Positions 38,031 through 49,181 of a stretch of 64,000 bases of DNA are shown here, piece by piece. Every line of letters begins with the position of its first letter. The first letter of the stretch is position 1. Under the pieces are notes generated by a model that did no database searches, had not been told where the DNA came from, and saw only the letters and a list, made by a program, of their open reading frames with translations. Position numbers and translations under genes: made by a program. The DNA comes from Hyaloraphidium curvatum SAG 235-1 (lineage: Eukaryota; Fungi; Monoblepharomycota), in NCBI GenBank assembly GCA_025558095.1, contig JAIVFI010000023.1:1-64000 (forward strand), given 5' to 3'.

Positions 38031-39030
38031 ATGTCGAAGCGCGACCGCTCCCCTTCGCCCGAGCCAGCGGCAGCCGCCGGCCTCCTCTGCCCTCTCACGG
38101 GCCAGCTGTTCCGCGACCACGTAGTCGCGGCAGACGGGCAACGTGCGAGCGGGCGGCCATCGACGCGTGGTTCGACGCGGCGCGGCGCGAGGGGCGTCCC
38201 TCTCTGTCCCCGGCGGAGGGCGGCCAGGTGCTTGCGGACGAGCGATTGGTTCCGAACAAAGTCGTTGCGAAGCTGGTCGAGGATGAGGCGCGGCGGGCGG
38301 CGGCCAAGAAGGCGCGCGCCGCGTACGCGCAGGCCGGCAAGGAGGAGCTCCGCACGGCCCTGAAGGCGCTGCCCAACTCGTCCTGGCCCGGCAAGTTCAG
38401 CGATGAGGTCGTCAAGACCCTCGGGCGCGTGTTCTGGGGCGACAAGCACGAGGACTGGGCGGGGGGGCGTGGCGAGTTCTGCCAGGTGCGCCTCCTGGCA
38501 GACGGCAGGGCCCAAGCCAGGGGCGCCTGGGACGTCGTCCGCCGGCCTCTGGTGCACTCGGATACTTGGATCCGGATCCATTCCCGGGAGCGGATCATGG
38601 GGATCTTTGACGGCAGCAGGCTCGACGGCAAGTTTGCACTCATCGAGTGGATGCCACACGCGATCGACGAGATCACCGCCTCCGGCGCGCCACTCGCGCC
38701 CGACCAACGGGCACGTGACCTCCACCGCGCTGCCGGAAGACACGATCTACGACTGGTCGCTTTTCCTCGTCCGCGAAGAGCCGAGGCTGCTGCAGCGCGT
38801 GACCGAGCTGGTCCCCGAGGGCGATCGGATCAAGGATGTGGACGCATCGGGACGGTACGGGACGCTCTTTGCTTTTACGACCGAGCGGGGAGCCGTCATC
38901 AAGTTGGTCGGGAACCCCCAGTACAAGCACGAAGGGCGTGAGATGCGCCTCGGCGCCAAACCCTACGTGCCCAACGTCGAGGACGACCAGTGATCTGGGT
39001 GCTGTTCGGTGGGCTGGGTTCGGTCCGGCT
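38031..39030 (+). pseudogene. U-box + unknown-domain pseudogene
   Basis: LLCPLTGQLFRDHVVAADG / CERAAIDAWF..LVPNKVV is a U-box; frameshift at ~38140, deletion with frameshift at ~38700, early stop at 38993 relative to the paralog. Confidence 0.7.
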
Positions 39031-39535
39031 AAGAACCTCTTCACTAACCAACTTCGTAGGGGAGGACGACCCTGGGAAGAATGGTCCGATCCTTGCAGAG
39101 TGGAGGTCCTTCGACGACAACGATCCCTGATGTGAATCCGCCCTGATGTGCTGTAGCCGATCAGCATCCGAAGATGCCCCATACCAGTGTTTCGCTGCCG
39201 CGTTGTGTGTCCGGGCATAGGGAAATGAAACGGCTTTTCTCGCAGGGCACACGAGGGCATGCCGCTGAAGGACCCGTGCTTGAGTAGGACTTGCGGGTAC
39301 TCCTAAAGGTCGTTATTATAATGACCTGCTGGATCCGCGCCTGGTCGATGCCACAATCGGATGAACCGGAGTATTCTTCTCCCGCTCATTGAGTCACGCT
39401 GGTGGCGGGACGAGTGAGGGCCCGCGGGAGAACTCCACTCTCTCCCACCGGCCCCTGCTCCTCCTTCCGGCGTCGACACCACCTGCAACCGCTCCTGCCT
39501 TTCCTTTCCTCGTCCTTCCCCGCCCCCGCGTCGCG

Positions 39536-41253
39536 ATGCTCGGCACGCTCACCGCGCTCGCGGCCAACCCGACGGTGTGGCTCGTCGCGGCGGCCCTGTT
39601 CCTCGGCTGGGAACTGTACCGCCGGGTCTACCTGACCTTCGACGATGACTGCAAGACGGTCATCTTTGTCCCGTTCGTCAACTGGGTGGGTCCGTCGCGC
39701 GGCATCCCCCATCTCGACGGAATCCTGACGACGCGTCGCCCGGACGGCGCAGCCCAAAATCTCGCGTATCAAGGAGGGCGCCAAGGTCGAGCTTGAGATG
39801 CTCGAGAAGAACGGCCAGCTCGTCCGCATGGTCAACCTGTGGCGCCCCTCGGAGCGGATCATCCTGGCGTCGGACCCGGACCTGCTGCGCGAGGTGTTCG
39901 TCGGCTCGCGGTGGCAGGACTTCCAGAGGCAGCACGAGGAATGGCACCGCTACGCCACCATCTTTGCCGGCGGCTTAATCCTCATCCCGAACGGCGACCG
40001 GTGGAAGGAGGCCCGCGACCTCTTCGGCAGGACCTTCACCGACGTTTACATCCGCAACTCTTATCAGCCTTTGATGAAGGGCTTCCTGGACAAGTTCGTC
40101 AAGGAGGTCGAGGCCGCCGCGGCCAGCGGGGAGCCCTTCAACCTCCAACCCTACTTCACCCGCTTCACCTTTGGCTTCATCGTCCGCGTCATCTTTGGCG
40201 AGGACCTGGACCGCACCCCGGGCGGCGAATTCGACCGCTGCGTCGAGGCCTGGGACGCCATCCTCGAGAACGCGTCGATCCTCACCCTCATCGACAAGCT
40301 GTTCGGCAGCACTGTCGGCGAGTGGTCGGGGATCAGGGCCAAAATCGAGAACGGCAAGGAGGTGCTCCACGCGCTGGTCAAGCGCAACATCGAGCGCCGG
40401 AAGCGCGGGGAGGACCTCGAGCGGGCAAGCATCTTTGACGACGCCATGAGCGCGGGCAGCGTGCCTGGGTGGATGCTGGAGAACGACAATGCGGAGCTGG
40501 TGAAGCACCTAATGACCCTTCTTTTCGGTTGGTCCTCCTTGGGTTCGGCCCTTTTGCTTGACTAACCGTCTGCGTTTAGGCGGCCACGACACGACCGCCA
40601 GCATGCTTTCATTCCTGGCCGGCGAGCTGGCCACGCACCAGAAGTGGCAGGATGAGATCCGCAAGGAGGTCTTGGAGGAGTTCGGCCCGGACGGCGAGAT
40701 GTCGCTGGACAAGCTCGCGACCCTGAAGGTGCTCAACGCGGCCATCAAGGAGACGTTGAGGCTGTACCCCGCTGCCGTAAGTCTGGGAACAAGGCGCCAC
40801 ACGACGGTTGCTCACGCCTCGCTGTCACTGCAGGTCAACGGCGCCCAGCGCGTCATCCCCGAGGACATGGACTTCCAATGGAAGGACTCGGCGACGGGCC
40901 AGATCAAGACCATCAAGTTCAAGAAGAACGATTTCATGCTCCCCTCCCTCTTCGGCACCCAGCGCCACCCCGCCAACTGGACGGGCTCGGACCCCTCCTC
41001 CTTCGACCCCTCCCGCTTCCTGGAGTCGCCCACGGGTGGGGCCAAGGCCTTCCACTCCTTCAGCCCGTTCGGCCACGGCCAGCGCAAGTGCATGGGCGAG
41101 AAGCTGGCCTTTGCCGAGGGCAGGCTGGTCACGGCCGAGCTGCTGCGGCGGTGGCGGCTTGTGCCGGCGCCGGGGTGGGAGCTCGGGTTCAACCAGGCTT
41201 CGATGCTGGTGCCAAACGGGATCAAGGTGAAGTTGGTGCCCGTCAAGGCGTGA
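39536..41253 (+). CDS. Cytochrome P450 (3 introns)
   Basis: N-terminal TM anchor; FG|GHDTT I-helix; KETLR; FDPSRF; FGHGQRKCMG heme motif. Confidence 0.95.
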
Positions 41254-41337
41254 CCAGCCTCGCATCAGCGTATTGGATCTTTATCACTAGAGCCTCACGC
41301 ACATTCCTCGCCTCGCTCCACCGTCTAGCTTGCACGG

Positions 41338-42216
41338 CTACCAGTCCCCGCAAGCATAGATCTCCACCAGCCCCCACTCCGTCTCGTCCCACTTTCCCCA
41401 GTACCCCCGGCACCGCCTCAAGGCTTCCACCAACGCCCTCACTTCCCCCCTTCTCCCCCCGTACGCGAGGTACCTCCCGCACCATATCCCCAGGTTGGCC
41501 GCGTCCCACCTCCCTTCCCCCGTGCGGCACGTCCGCGGCCACATCCAGAGCCCCGGCGCGTGCGAGAGCAGCACCGGCACGACCGCGTGGGGAAGGTCGA
41601 GCGCCGCGAGGGCGCGGGAGGCCCAGTCCGGCCGGGTGGGGGGAAACATGACGCACTGCGCGAGGCGGTCGAGGAAGACGGCCAGGGAGGCGGGGGAGGG
41701 CACGCTGCCGCCGCGAGCGAGGTTCAGCCGCGAGACGAGGGCGGCGAGGGAGCGCAGGGGGTTGACGGTGCGTGGGTCCGGGGAACCGGTGCGGTACGTG
41801 AGTGGTGGGCCGTGGAGCAGGCGCCACCAGGGTCCGCTGGGGGGGCCGGAGGAGGCGAGGTCTGAGAGGGCGTCGGCGGCGGCCGTTGGGGATCTGCGGA
41901 GCAGGGCTCGGAGGTCGGACTCCATGGCTTCGCGGGCGAGAAGGCTGAGGGATTTGCTGGCGGGGCGGACGGAGGAGTGCAGCTCGGAGAGGGGGAGGAA
42001 GCAGAGGATGCGGATGGCGAGCTCTGAGGGTAGGTCCAGCAGCGGGAACGGCGTCGACAGGTCCACGAGGGTGGCCGTAGATATGGTCAGGGAGCACTCC
42101 GCGAGCGAATGGGAGCCGCATTTGGGATTCGGTCGCGGGGAGCGCGGGCGGGGGATGGGCGTCCGGGCCAGGCAAGAGGCGTCCGACGCGGTTGCTGCCT
42201 CCCAGGCAATCTCCAT
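41338..42216 (-). CDS. F-box-like protein (start uncertain)
   Basis: FPLLDLPSELAIRILCFLPLSELHSSVRPASKSL. Confidence 0.65.
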   Translation of the reverse strand: MEIAWEAATASDASCLARTPIPRPRSPRPNPKCGSHSLAECSLTISTATLVDLSTPFPLLDLPSELAIRILCFLPLSELHSSVRPASKSLSLLAREAMESDLRALLRRSPTAAADALSDLASSGPPSGPWWRLLHGPPLTYRTGSPDPRTVNPLRSLAALVSRLNLARGGSVPSPASLAVFLDRLAQCVMFPPTRPDWASRALAALDLPHAVVPVLLSHAPGLWMWPRTCRTGEGRWDAANLGIWCGRYLAYGGRRGEVRALVEALRRCRGYWGKWDETEWGLVEIYACGDW

Positions 42217-42531
42217 CCCATCGTCGGACTCGTTCGATAGGAAAAATGCTCCTCCCAGGAGCTTGGAGGGCGGACTATGTTGCTCTCCGCTGGAGCTTCC
42301 GGAATTGTGCACCGTCAGCGGTGGTTCTCAACGAATAAACAGAGACTCTTCGCCGGGGCGGACAAAAATCGGCTCATGATTGAGAACGCGCACGTCTTAG
42401 ATATGAATCTGCTGTTGTTTTCATGTACAGTGCGGCACAGTGTCGCCCAGATCTCGTCCGAAGCGAACGTGCTTCATGGGATGGCCAAGCTACCAGAACC
42501 CAAGTTCCCCACTCGCCAGGTATAAACGCGC

Positions 42532-42730
42532 GGGATGTCCGTCGCGGTGGCATCGCCGCCCCTCGATGGACGGACGGTGCGCCTGATGCTGGAGTTCGCC
42601 GGCGCCGAAGGTGCGGAGGAGCAGGATGCGCGGGCAGGCGAGCGTGGAAATCCGGGGCGACGTGGACGATGAGGCCCGCGAATGCCTCGAAGCGCTGCCA
42701 GGCGTCACCGTCGTCTGCGGCCGAGGGTGA
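42532..42730 (+). pseudogene. 3' fragment paralogous to gene 53718-54425
   Basis: Encodes GMSVAVASPPLDGRTVRLMLE, then a frameshift, then ASVEIRGDVDDEARECLEALPGVTVV; compare ARVEIRGSADADARECLESLPGVTVV. Confidence 0.7.
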
Positions 42731-42784
42731 TTGGATCCCAAAACATCCCTCTTCCACCGCTTCTTCCAATCTTCGCGATCCGAC

Positions 42785-44248
42785 CTAAGCAGGGCAGACC
42801 GAGTCCACCGTCAGCGCGATCCCCGCCCCCCGCAGCAGCGTCCACAGCCCCAGCAGCACCGTGAACAGCGTGGCCAGGTACGTCCTCACGGTCCCCAGCC
42901 CGACGGTGATCCCCATGAACGTCCCCCTGCGCGCCGCGATCCCGTCCCGCAGCAGGCCCAGCAGCCTCCCGTGGCGTTCCACCGCGGCGGGCGAGGCCGA
43001 GCCCGGCTCGAGGAGCAGCAGCCGCTCCGCGGCGGTACGGTACAGCTCCGCGACCGAGGCGATGTTGCGGTTCCAGACTGCGACCATGGCCGTGGGCACG
43101 GCGAGCCAGATCGAGAAGTAGCAGAAGCTGAGCGCGATCCAGGCGGGGACGCACCGGCCCACTGCGGCGTTGATGACCCCCGCAACCGCGAAGATCGGCA
43201 GCCCGGCGATGATCACCCCGTGGCCGTAGGAGAGGAAGCGCAGCTGGCTGGTGTAGGTCGCGCACAGGGTCCAGTGCAGATGCACATACGGTTCCTGCAG
43301 GGAAGGATCCGCCACCGGCTCGCCCGTGGCGCAGCGGGAAAGCAGGTCGTCCAGGGCGATCTTGACGGCCCGGTGGTGCAGCTTCCTAGCCAGCGTGAGC
43401 GCCGGCACGTTGGTCTGCGTCGTTCCCACGCTCGCTGCAGGGCCCTGCAGAGCTACAAGGAAACCGTACAGGGCCGCGATCGGTGAGGCCCAGGGGGAAG
43501 TCCAGAGCGTGGCTCCGAGCCCGACGAGCGGCGCCCACGCGAACAAAAGCCACTCGGCCAGTTCCACGGCGAGCTGGACGGCGACTTGGACCACGCGCTG
43601 GCGGCCGGCCGAATTGGGAACGGTGCCGAGGCACGAGGCGAGGCCGCACGGGCAGTCAGGGTCGTCCTGGTCGTGGACCGTGAGTCTCCCCATGATTCCG
43701 ACGGCGCTGCCGTCCTCCTCGATCTTGGCAGCCGGCTTCCGGGAGACCAGCTGGCTCCAGCGCGCCATGGCCGCGAACGGATGGCCGCTGAAATCCTGCG
43801 GAGCAGCCGCGGCGACCCCCTTCACGGGTTCGGCGTCGGGCCTGTAGAGGCGGACGAAGCTGCTCTCGCGAAACCGCGTTGCCGCGAACTGCACGACCAT
43901 GGCGCCGATCCCAAAGGCCACGGACGCGAAGCCGGCGGCGAGCTGCGGGCCGCCATACCGCCCGTCGTTGAGGGCCACGGCGGCGCCGTAGAGCGCCATT
44001 AACAGCGCGAAAAGGATGGTGTAGCGTAGGACGATGCGTGCCGCCAGGGGCTCCAGCGCACGCGCCGCCCGCACCTGCGCGCGGAGCAGCGGGTCCGGCA
44101 GCCGCGCGACGAGCGCCCCGAACGGCAGCGGGTCCGCGGCGCGGAGGTCCTCAGCCGGATCGGGAAGCGGGCCGCGGAAGAGCGACGCGTCGATCGGCGG
44201 CGGCGACGGAAACAGGGCGAGCCATTCGCGGTCCGTGAAGAGCGCCAT
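42785..44248 (-). CDS. Seven-TM protein, gustatory-receptor-like (GRL/DUF3537, 7TMIC) candidate; intronless
   Basis: About 7 hydrophobic helices; VAVWN after TM6; GTFMGITVGLGTVRTYLATLFTV split TM7. Confidence 0.55.
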   Translation of the reverse strand: MALFTDREWLALFPSPPPIDASLFRGPLPDPAEDLRAADPLPFGALVARLPDPLLRAQVRAARALEPLAARIVLRYTILFALLMALYGAAVALNDGRYGGPQLAAGFASVAFGIGAMVVQFAATRFRESSFVRLYRPDAEPVKGVAAAAPQDFSGHPFAAMARWSQLVSRKPAAKIEEDGSAVGIMGRLTVHDQDDPDCPCGLASCLGTVPNSAGRQRVVQVAVQLAVELAEWLLFAWAPLVGLGATLWTSPWASPIAALYGFLVALQGPAASVGTTQTNVPALTLARKLHHRAVKIALDDLLSRCATGEPVADPSLQEPYVHLHWTLCATYTSQLRFLSYGHGVIIAGLPIFAVAGVINAAVGRCVPAWIALSFCYFSIWLAVPTAMVAVWNRNIASVAELYRTAAERLLLLEPGSASPAAVERHGRLLGLLRDGIAARRGTFMGITVGLGTVRTYLATLFTVLLGLWTLLRGAGIALTVDSVCPA

Positions 44249-44381
44249 CGTCGTTGGGAGACACTCCCCGAGGGCAAACCGGCGCCGCAAAAATCAAGCA
44301 GAGGATGAAAGGAGTATGAGAATCACGGTCTTCGTGTCCGCAGAGATGGGCCGCGGCGAAGGGAGGAAGGCGGCCGGAGGG

Positions 44382-44680
44382 ATGAGCAGCGAGCGACCAA
44401 GCTCCACACTAAGCTCCGAGCAAGCTCCGAGCCTTCGCTCCATCGAACCAGCGTCCGCCTGGCGCCAGCCGCCGCGAATCGCGCCCGAAGAATGGGCAGC
44501 ATTGTTTCCCGCGCCGCCCGTGCCAGCGCACCCGCTGGACGTCTCGGTTCCGCCGCCCGACGGCTCGCCGGTGCCCCTACTGACGCGCGACGCGATCTTC
44601 GCCGCGCTCGGCGGCTCCCTGCTCGGCAAAATGACGAGGCTGCAGCTTACCGTCGGCCATTTCGCGCCGCCTCCAATCCA
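44382..44680 (+). pseudogene. Divergently oriented N-terminal fragment related to the 7TM gene
   Basis: IAPEEWAALFPAPP...LGGSLLGKMTRL resembles FTDREWLALFPSPP...LPDPLLRAQVRA; no TM region follows. Confidence 0.45.
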
Positions 44681-45165
44681 GTCTCCACCGCCGGATCTCC
44701 CCGAGGTGCTCCACAAAGGCGGGGGAGTGGCGTACGATCTCGGCCACATCAGCACCGAGGTCGAACAGGCATTCGAGCACCCTGGCATCGTCCTGGAGGA
44801 TCGTTTCCGTGACGGTGATCTCCCATCGTTCGCCGCGGAGCTGCCGGAGGCGCCGTTGACGGGCGAGCTCGGCAGCGGGATGCAGTGCGCAAGAGGTTCG
44901 GCCGAGACGGCAGGCGCCAGCGACGGTGAGGAAGGCGACGATGTGGAGGAACAGCTTGGGCTCGAGAGCGGCGAGGGAAGTAAATGGAGAGCCGAGCGAT
45001 ATTTCCATCGTTTATGGGGTTCGAGGTTGCGTGGCTTCGCTTTGTTGAGTGGACGACCCGCGCTTGTCGGCATATCCCATCATCCGAAAGCTCTGGTGCT
45101 CTCTCTCAGCGTCAGCTGGCGTAGACGCGTGGATCCAATGTCATTGCATGGTGCATCAATAGCAT

Positions 45166-46950
45166 TTATTGCTCCACGTCCATGCTCCCCACGCACGCCC
45201 CCAGATCCTCCCCCTCCCTCTTCCACCGCACCCCCATCCCCCTCAGATGCCAGTTCGTGAACGCCCCGCACGGATCCATGGCGTCCACCACACCCTGGAA
45301 TCCCGCCATCGCATCCCTGTCCCGCCCGTACCTGGCGAGAAGCTCGGGTGTGTTCTTCCCCAAATGCAGCCTGGCCGCCGGGAACCGGCCCATCAGGGCG
45401 GCGACGGCCTCCTCGGAGGGACGGCGGTACGCTGCCAAAGCTTCGGGGCGGTACCCGAACGGCACGAAGGTGGGGAGTTCCACGTGCGCCAGGGGTTCCC
45501 CCGGCGGCGCCCCGGGGCGGGCGGCGTTGCCGGCGAGGAAGGAGGTCTCCGTCGCGCGGTCGAAGCGGACGATGACGCCCGTGTAGGGAAGCGTCCTGCC
45601 GTGTTTGTCGAAGATCGAGTCCACGAGCTTGATGGCTTCGGGAAGGTCGTGGAGGGGAATGGAGAGCTCGTAGTCCACTTGGGAGAAATAGGGAACGTCG
45701 TAAGGGAATCTGGGCAAGTTGACTATGCGGTGGTTCCATCCGACGCCCGAGTTGCCGACGGGGAGGTACTGAGTGCCCGGCTCGGGGAGCTCGATGCCCA
45801 CGGCGCGCGGGTACGTGCCGATGATCTTGTTCTCGAGGAAGCGCTCGAAGGTGCGCGAGGCGGTGGAGAGCTGAATGCCGGCGCGGACGAGGAAGAGCTC
45901 CCCGGGGGCGACCTTGGGCGTGAAGAGGTAGTTGGTAAGGTTCTCGTGCGTGAGGGGGTCGTCGGTGGCGGTGCCGCACGCGAGGTGGGCGCGGTTGCTG
46001 GCAACCATGAGGTTGGCAAAGGCGTAGTCGCAGGGGGCCAGGACTTCGGCCAAGGCTGCGGGATCAGTGAAGTCCGAGAAGGAGCGTTCCTTCAGCTCGA
46101 TCCGAAGCCGTCGGTCGGGTTCGACCTCGATCCGTGCCCGAATTACGATCCCCAAGGCACCATTGTGTACGGATATTGCCCTCCAGGTATCACTCGGCGA
46201 GTCGAGCCGATTGAACTTGCGAAGACGCCCGGTCGAATCCACCAGCTCCACTTCGACGAGCATCTCCGAGACGGTGCTAGTCCGCCGAGTGTCAGTGCCA
46301 TGGGAGCCCGTGGCCATGGCTCCCATGACGGCGATGCCTCCCCAGCCGGTCGCATAGGGGCCAAAGGAGCGGTTGCGCGCATGGAGATGATACCCGAGCT
46401 GCTCAAAGGTGACCCCCGGCTCAATGACCACGGTGTCCAGGCCGCGCCAGCTCTCCAGGTCACCGATCCCGGTCAGCCCCTCGAGCACAATGACACCGCC
46501 TTCCGAGCAGAAGCCGAAGCCGGTCGAATGGCCCTGCCCGCGCGCTTTGACCCGCTTTCCCCGGCGGGCGAGGTCTCGCACCAGGCGCGACACGTCGTCG
46601 GTGCTGTTTGCGACGTGGATTTCCGCGCCCGGCGGGCACCGCGTGATGTCCGAATAGAAGCCTGCGACGCGCGGCGGCCACTCGGCACAGTCGCGGCGGC
46701 AGCTGTCAGGCGTCTCGCCCGCCCACGCGCTGCACACGCCGTCGCCGCACGTAAATGAAAGCAGCGTCAGGCCGTCCTCGCCAAAGCCCGGCGCGTGCTC
46801 GGCGAGGCGGTGGGCAACCAGGCCGGCGAGCAGCGCGGCGATTGCGCCCGCGACCACCGCACCCGTCCGCAGGCCGGAGCGCGTGCCGGGCCCGCGCCGG
46901 CGGCGGGCCAGTCTGTCCGAGGCAATCACACCGTGTTCTCCGAGGCCCAT
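45166..46950 (-). CDS. FAD-linked oxidase (L-gulonolactone/ALO family) with TM anchor and Cys-rich module; intronless
   Basis: RGQGHS, IEPGVTFEQL, GAMATGSHG, GALGIV, DYELSIP, RLHLGKN, MDPCGAF; CGDGVC..ETPDSCRRDC. Confidence 0.88.
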   Translation of the reverse strand: MGLGEHGVIASDRLARRRRGPGTRSGLRTGAVVAGAIAALLAGLVAHRLAEHAPGFGEDGLTLLSFTCGDGVCSAWAGETPDSCRRDCAEWPPRVAGFYSDITRCPPGAEIHVANSTDDVSRLVRDLARRGKRVKARGQGHSTGFGFCSEGGVIVLEGLTGIGDLESWRGLDTVVIEPGVTFEQLGYHLHARNRSFGPYATGWGGIAVMGAMATGSHGTDTRRTSTVSEMLVEVELVDSTGRLRKFNRLDSPSDTWRAISVHNGALGIVIRARIEVEPDRRLRIELKERSFSDFTDPAALAEVLAPCDYAFANLMVASNRAHLACGTATDDPLTHENLTNYLFTPKVAPGELFLVRAGIQLSTASRTFERFLENKIIGTYPRAVGIELPEPGTQYLPVGNSGVGWNHRIVNLPRFPYDVPYFSQVDYELSIPLHDLPEAIKLVDSIFDKHGRTLPYTGVIVRFDRATETSFLAGNAARPGAPPGEPLAHVELPTFVPFGYRPEALAAYRRPSEEAVAALMGRFPAARLHLGKNTPELLARYGRDRDAMAGFQGVVDAMDPCGAFTNWHLRGMGVRWKREGEDLGACVGSMDVEQ

Positions 46951-47698
46951 GGCGGTTTAAAGCCCAGGCTTCCGCGGAAGAAGGCCGCGCCAGGGAGTTC
47001 GAGCGCTGACAAAGCGCGCAAGGGCGGCATTATGGACCCATCGCGCCGGCCGCAGCAACACAGCCAAAGGGGCCCACGCCCCAAGACACCCTGTCGACCC
47101 TGGCTTTCGAACCCCAAAATCGCTAGAAACCGCGGCGAGCAACGAGCTCGGAGCGGTCGGGGGACCGTCATCCCCAGACTCGTTCGATTTCCTGGCACCG
47201 GCGGGTATCCCTCGGAACAACAAGCGGGTTGACGGGCGGTGTTCCCAAAACGGCGCGACAAGGTAACGAGTACGAGTATCATGTGGCGCTCAGAGGTCGT
47301 CCGCCGCCGCCCCTCATCTTTGTCTTCGGCCTGACGTCTGCACGAATCGCGATGTGGTTGGCACGACGAAGGGCGACCGACACAGCGGGGCCATTCGAGG
47401 GCAGAGCGGATGTCCCCCAGATGGATCTGAGGTGTTCCTAGATGACCTGAACTAACAGAGAGTTGATTTGGGTTCAGCGAATGGGGCCGTGAGTTGCGCG
47501 TCTTGGGTGCCCTCCCGAGGACTGGCCGTCCAGGGCCCAAAGCCAGGGTCTCGTCTCTCAAAGCTAATCGGCTCGCGCGGGACTCCATTGCTCCTCCCTC
47601 ACCTTTCCGTTCCTTCTCCTTCGGACGGACCGTCGTGCCCCGTGCCACCCTGTCGGGCTCGAGACACCGCACCCCGCTCCGCCGCCCGACGCGTCGCG

Positions 47699-49054
47699 AT
47701 GGCACCCGTGGCCGGCACCGGCCCCGACTACGCGTCGGCCTTCCCCGCCGACGTGGTCTCCAAGCTCACTCTGACCTTCGCGCCGGACGTGTGGAAGCGG
47801 ATGCTGGGCAACGTCGCGGCCATCTTTGCCAGCAGGGCGAAGCGCGCCGAAGCGATGAAGAAGCTGGACAAGGGGATGCTCGAGAAGCTCCTTGCCATCG
47901 TCGGCGACATGGACGGCCTGAAGAAGGTGGACCTCGAGAAGCTGGCCCTGGGGCCGGACGGGGAGCTCGTCCAGCCCCTGCAGCCGTCCGAGCCTGCGCC
48001 CGACCTGGAGTGGTTCCCGGTCACGGTGGACTTTGGCGGAAAGAAGTGGCAGCACGTTGGAGTCCGATTCAAGGGGCAGTCGTCTCTGTCGGTGTTCCAT
48101 AAGGGACAGACGACGAAGCTGCCCATGAAGCTGGGTTTCGATCATTACAAGGACGATCTGCCCAGCGTCAAGGGCCAAAGCTTCTTCGGGGTCAAAGATT
48201 TGATGCTGGCAAACAACTACCAGGACGATTCGGGGATGCGGGACACCCTGGTGTACAACGCCTTGCGCGAGGCCGGCCTGCCCTCCCTTCACACCGCCGC
48301 CTACGAGGTCTTCCTCGACACGGGCAGCGGGGCCGAGATCCTCGGCCTCTACACGGCAAGCGAGGCCGTCGATGACACCGGGGTCAAGAATTTCTTTGGT
48401 TCGGACGACGGCAACCTGTACGAGGGCGAGGGCCACGGGTCCACGCTGGCAGGGGCCAACACGGACGTCCTCGAAACCCATTTCCAAAAGAAGAACAACA
48501 AGAAGAAGGCCGACTGGGGGGACATCAAGAAGCTGCACGCGGTCCTCCACGACGCGAAGCGCACGACGGATCCGGCGGCCTGGCGCAAGGATTTCGAGGC
48601 CGTCTTTGATGTGGACGCCTTCCTGGGCTGGCTAGGCATCGCCTCTGCCGTCGGACACTGGGACTCGTACGGTATAGGGCCGCACAACTTCTACCTTTAC
48701 AATCACGGAGGCCGGATGACCTTCATTTCCTGGGACCACAACCTGACCCTGGAGGACACGGGCACGGCCAAATTCCGCACCGTCGACCACGCAAATGTTT
48801 CAGCCGCCGCGCCGCTCATCCGCTTCCTCCTCGACGACCCGGCTTACCACGCGCGCTACGTGGAGCTGTTGAGGAAGAACTTTGCCGGGGGGCTCGCGCC
48901 CGAGGCGTTCCTGAGAAAGGTGCACGCGCGGGCCGGGATCATTCGGCCTCACGCGCCCGACAAGGAGGCCTTCGACGCGTCGGTCAAGGCCATCGTGGAC
49001 TTTTATGAGGGCAAAGCGAAGGAGATCGAGGCCTACCTCGCCGTGCAGAAGTGA
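47699..49054 (+). CDS. CotH kinase-family protein; intronless, no signal peptide
   Basis: VGVRFKGQSS, KLPMKLGFD, DDSGMRD, GLYTASEAVDD, GNLYE, HWDSY...HNFYLY, FISWDHNL. Confidence 0.9.
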   Translation: MAPVAGTGPDYASAFPADVVSKLTLTFAPDVWKRMLGNVAAIFASRAKRAEAMKKLDKGMLEKLLAIVGDMDGLKKVDLEKLALGPDGELVQPLQPSEPAPDLEWFPVTVDFGGKKWQHVGVRFKGQSSLSVFHKGQTTKLPMKLGFDHYKDDLPSVKGQSFFGVKDLMLANNYQDDSGMRDTLVYNALREAGLPSLHTAAYEVFLDTGSGAEILGLYTASEAVDDTGVKNFFGSDDGNLYEGEGHGSTLAGANTDVLETHFQKKNNKKKADWGDIKKLHAVLHDAKRTTDPAAWRKDFEAVFDVDAFLGWLGIASAVGHWDSYGIGPHNFYLYNHGGRMTFISWDHNLTLEDTGTAKFRTVDHANVSAAAPLIRFLLDDPAYHARYVELLRKNFAGGLAPEAFLRKVHARAGIIRPHAPDKEAFDASVKAIVDFYEGKAKEIEAYLAVQK

Positions 49055-49181
49055 CGACCATAGATTGTGACTGGGATCAAGAGTGCTATAGATACAACGG
49101 TATTGCTAGATATCAGTTTCCAAAGCTACCATGCTTCTGAAACAGTGGTGACAAAGATGTTCCGCGCGCATTCCCACACCT

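Noticed and set aside
39270-39330. Imperfect hairpin AGGTCGTTATTATAATGACCT upstream of the P450
   Set aside because: Short, with no recognisable ncRNA family features; may just be a TATA-containing promoter.
5091-49054. Bacterial contamination as the source of the bacterial-like enzymes
   Set aside because: They are interleaved with intron-containing eukaryotic core genes (CNOT9, MED14) and share host codon bias; several have introns.
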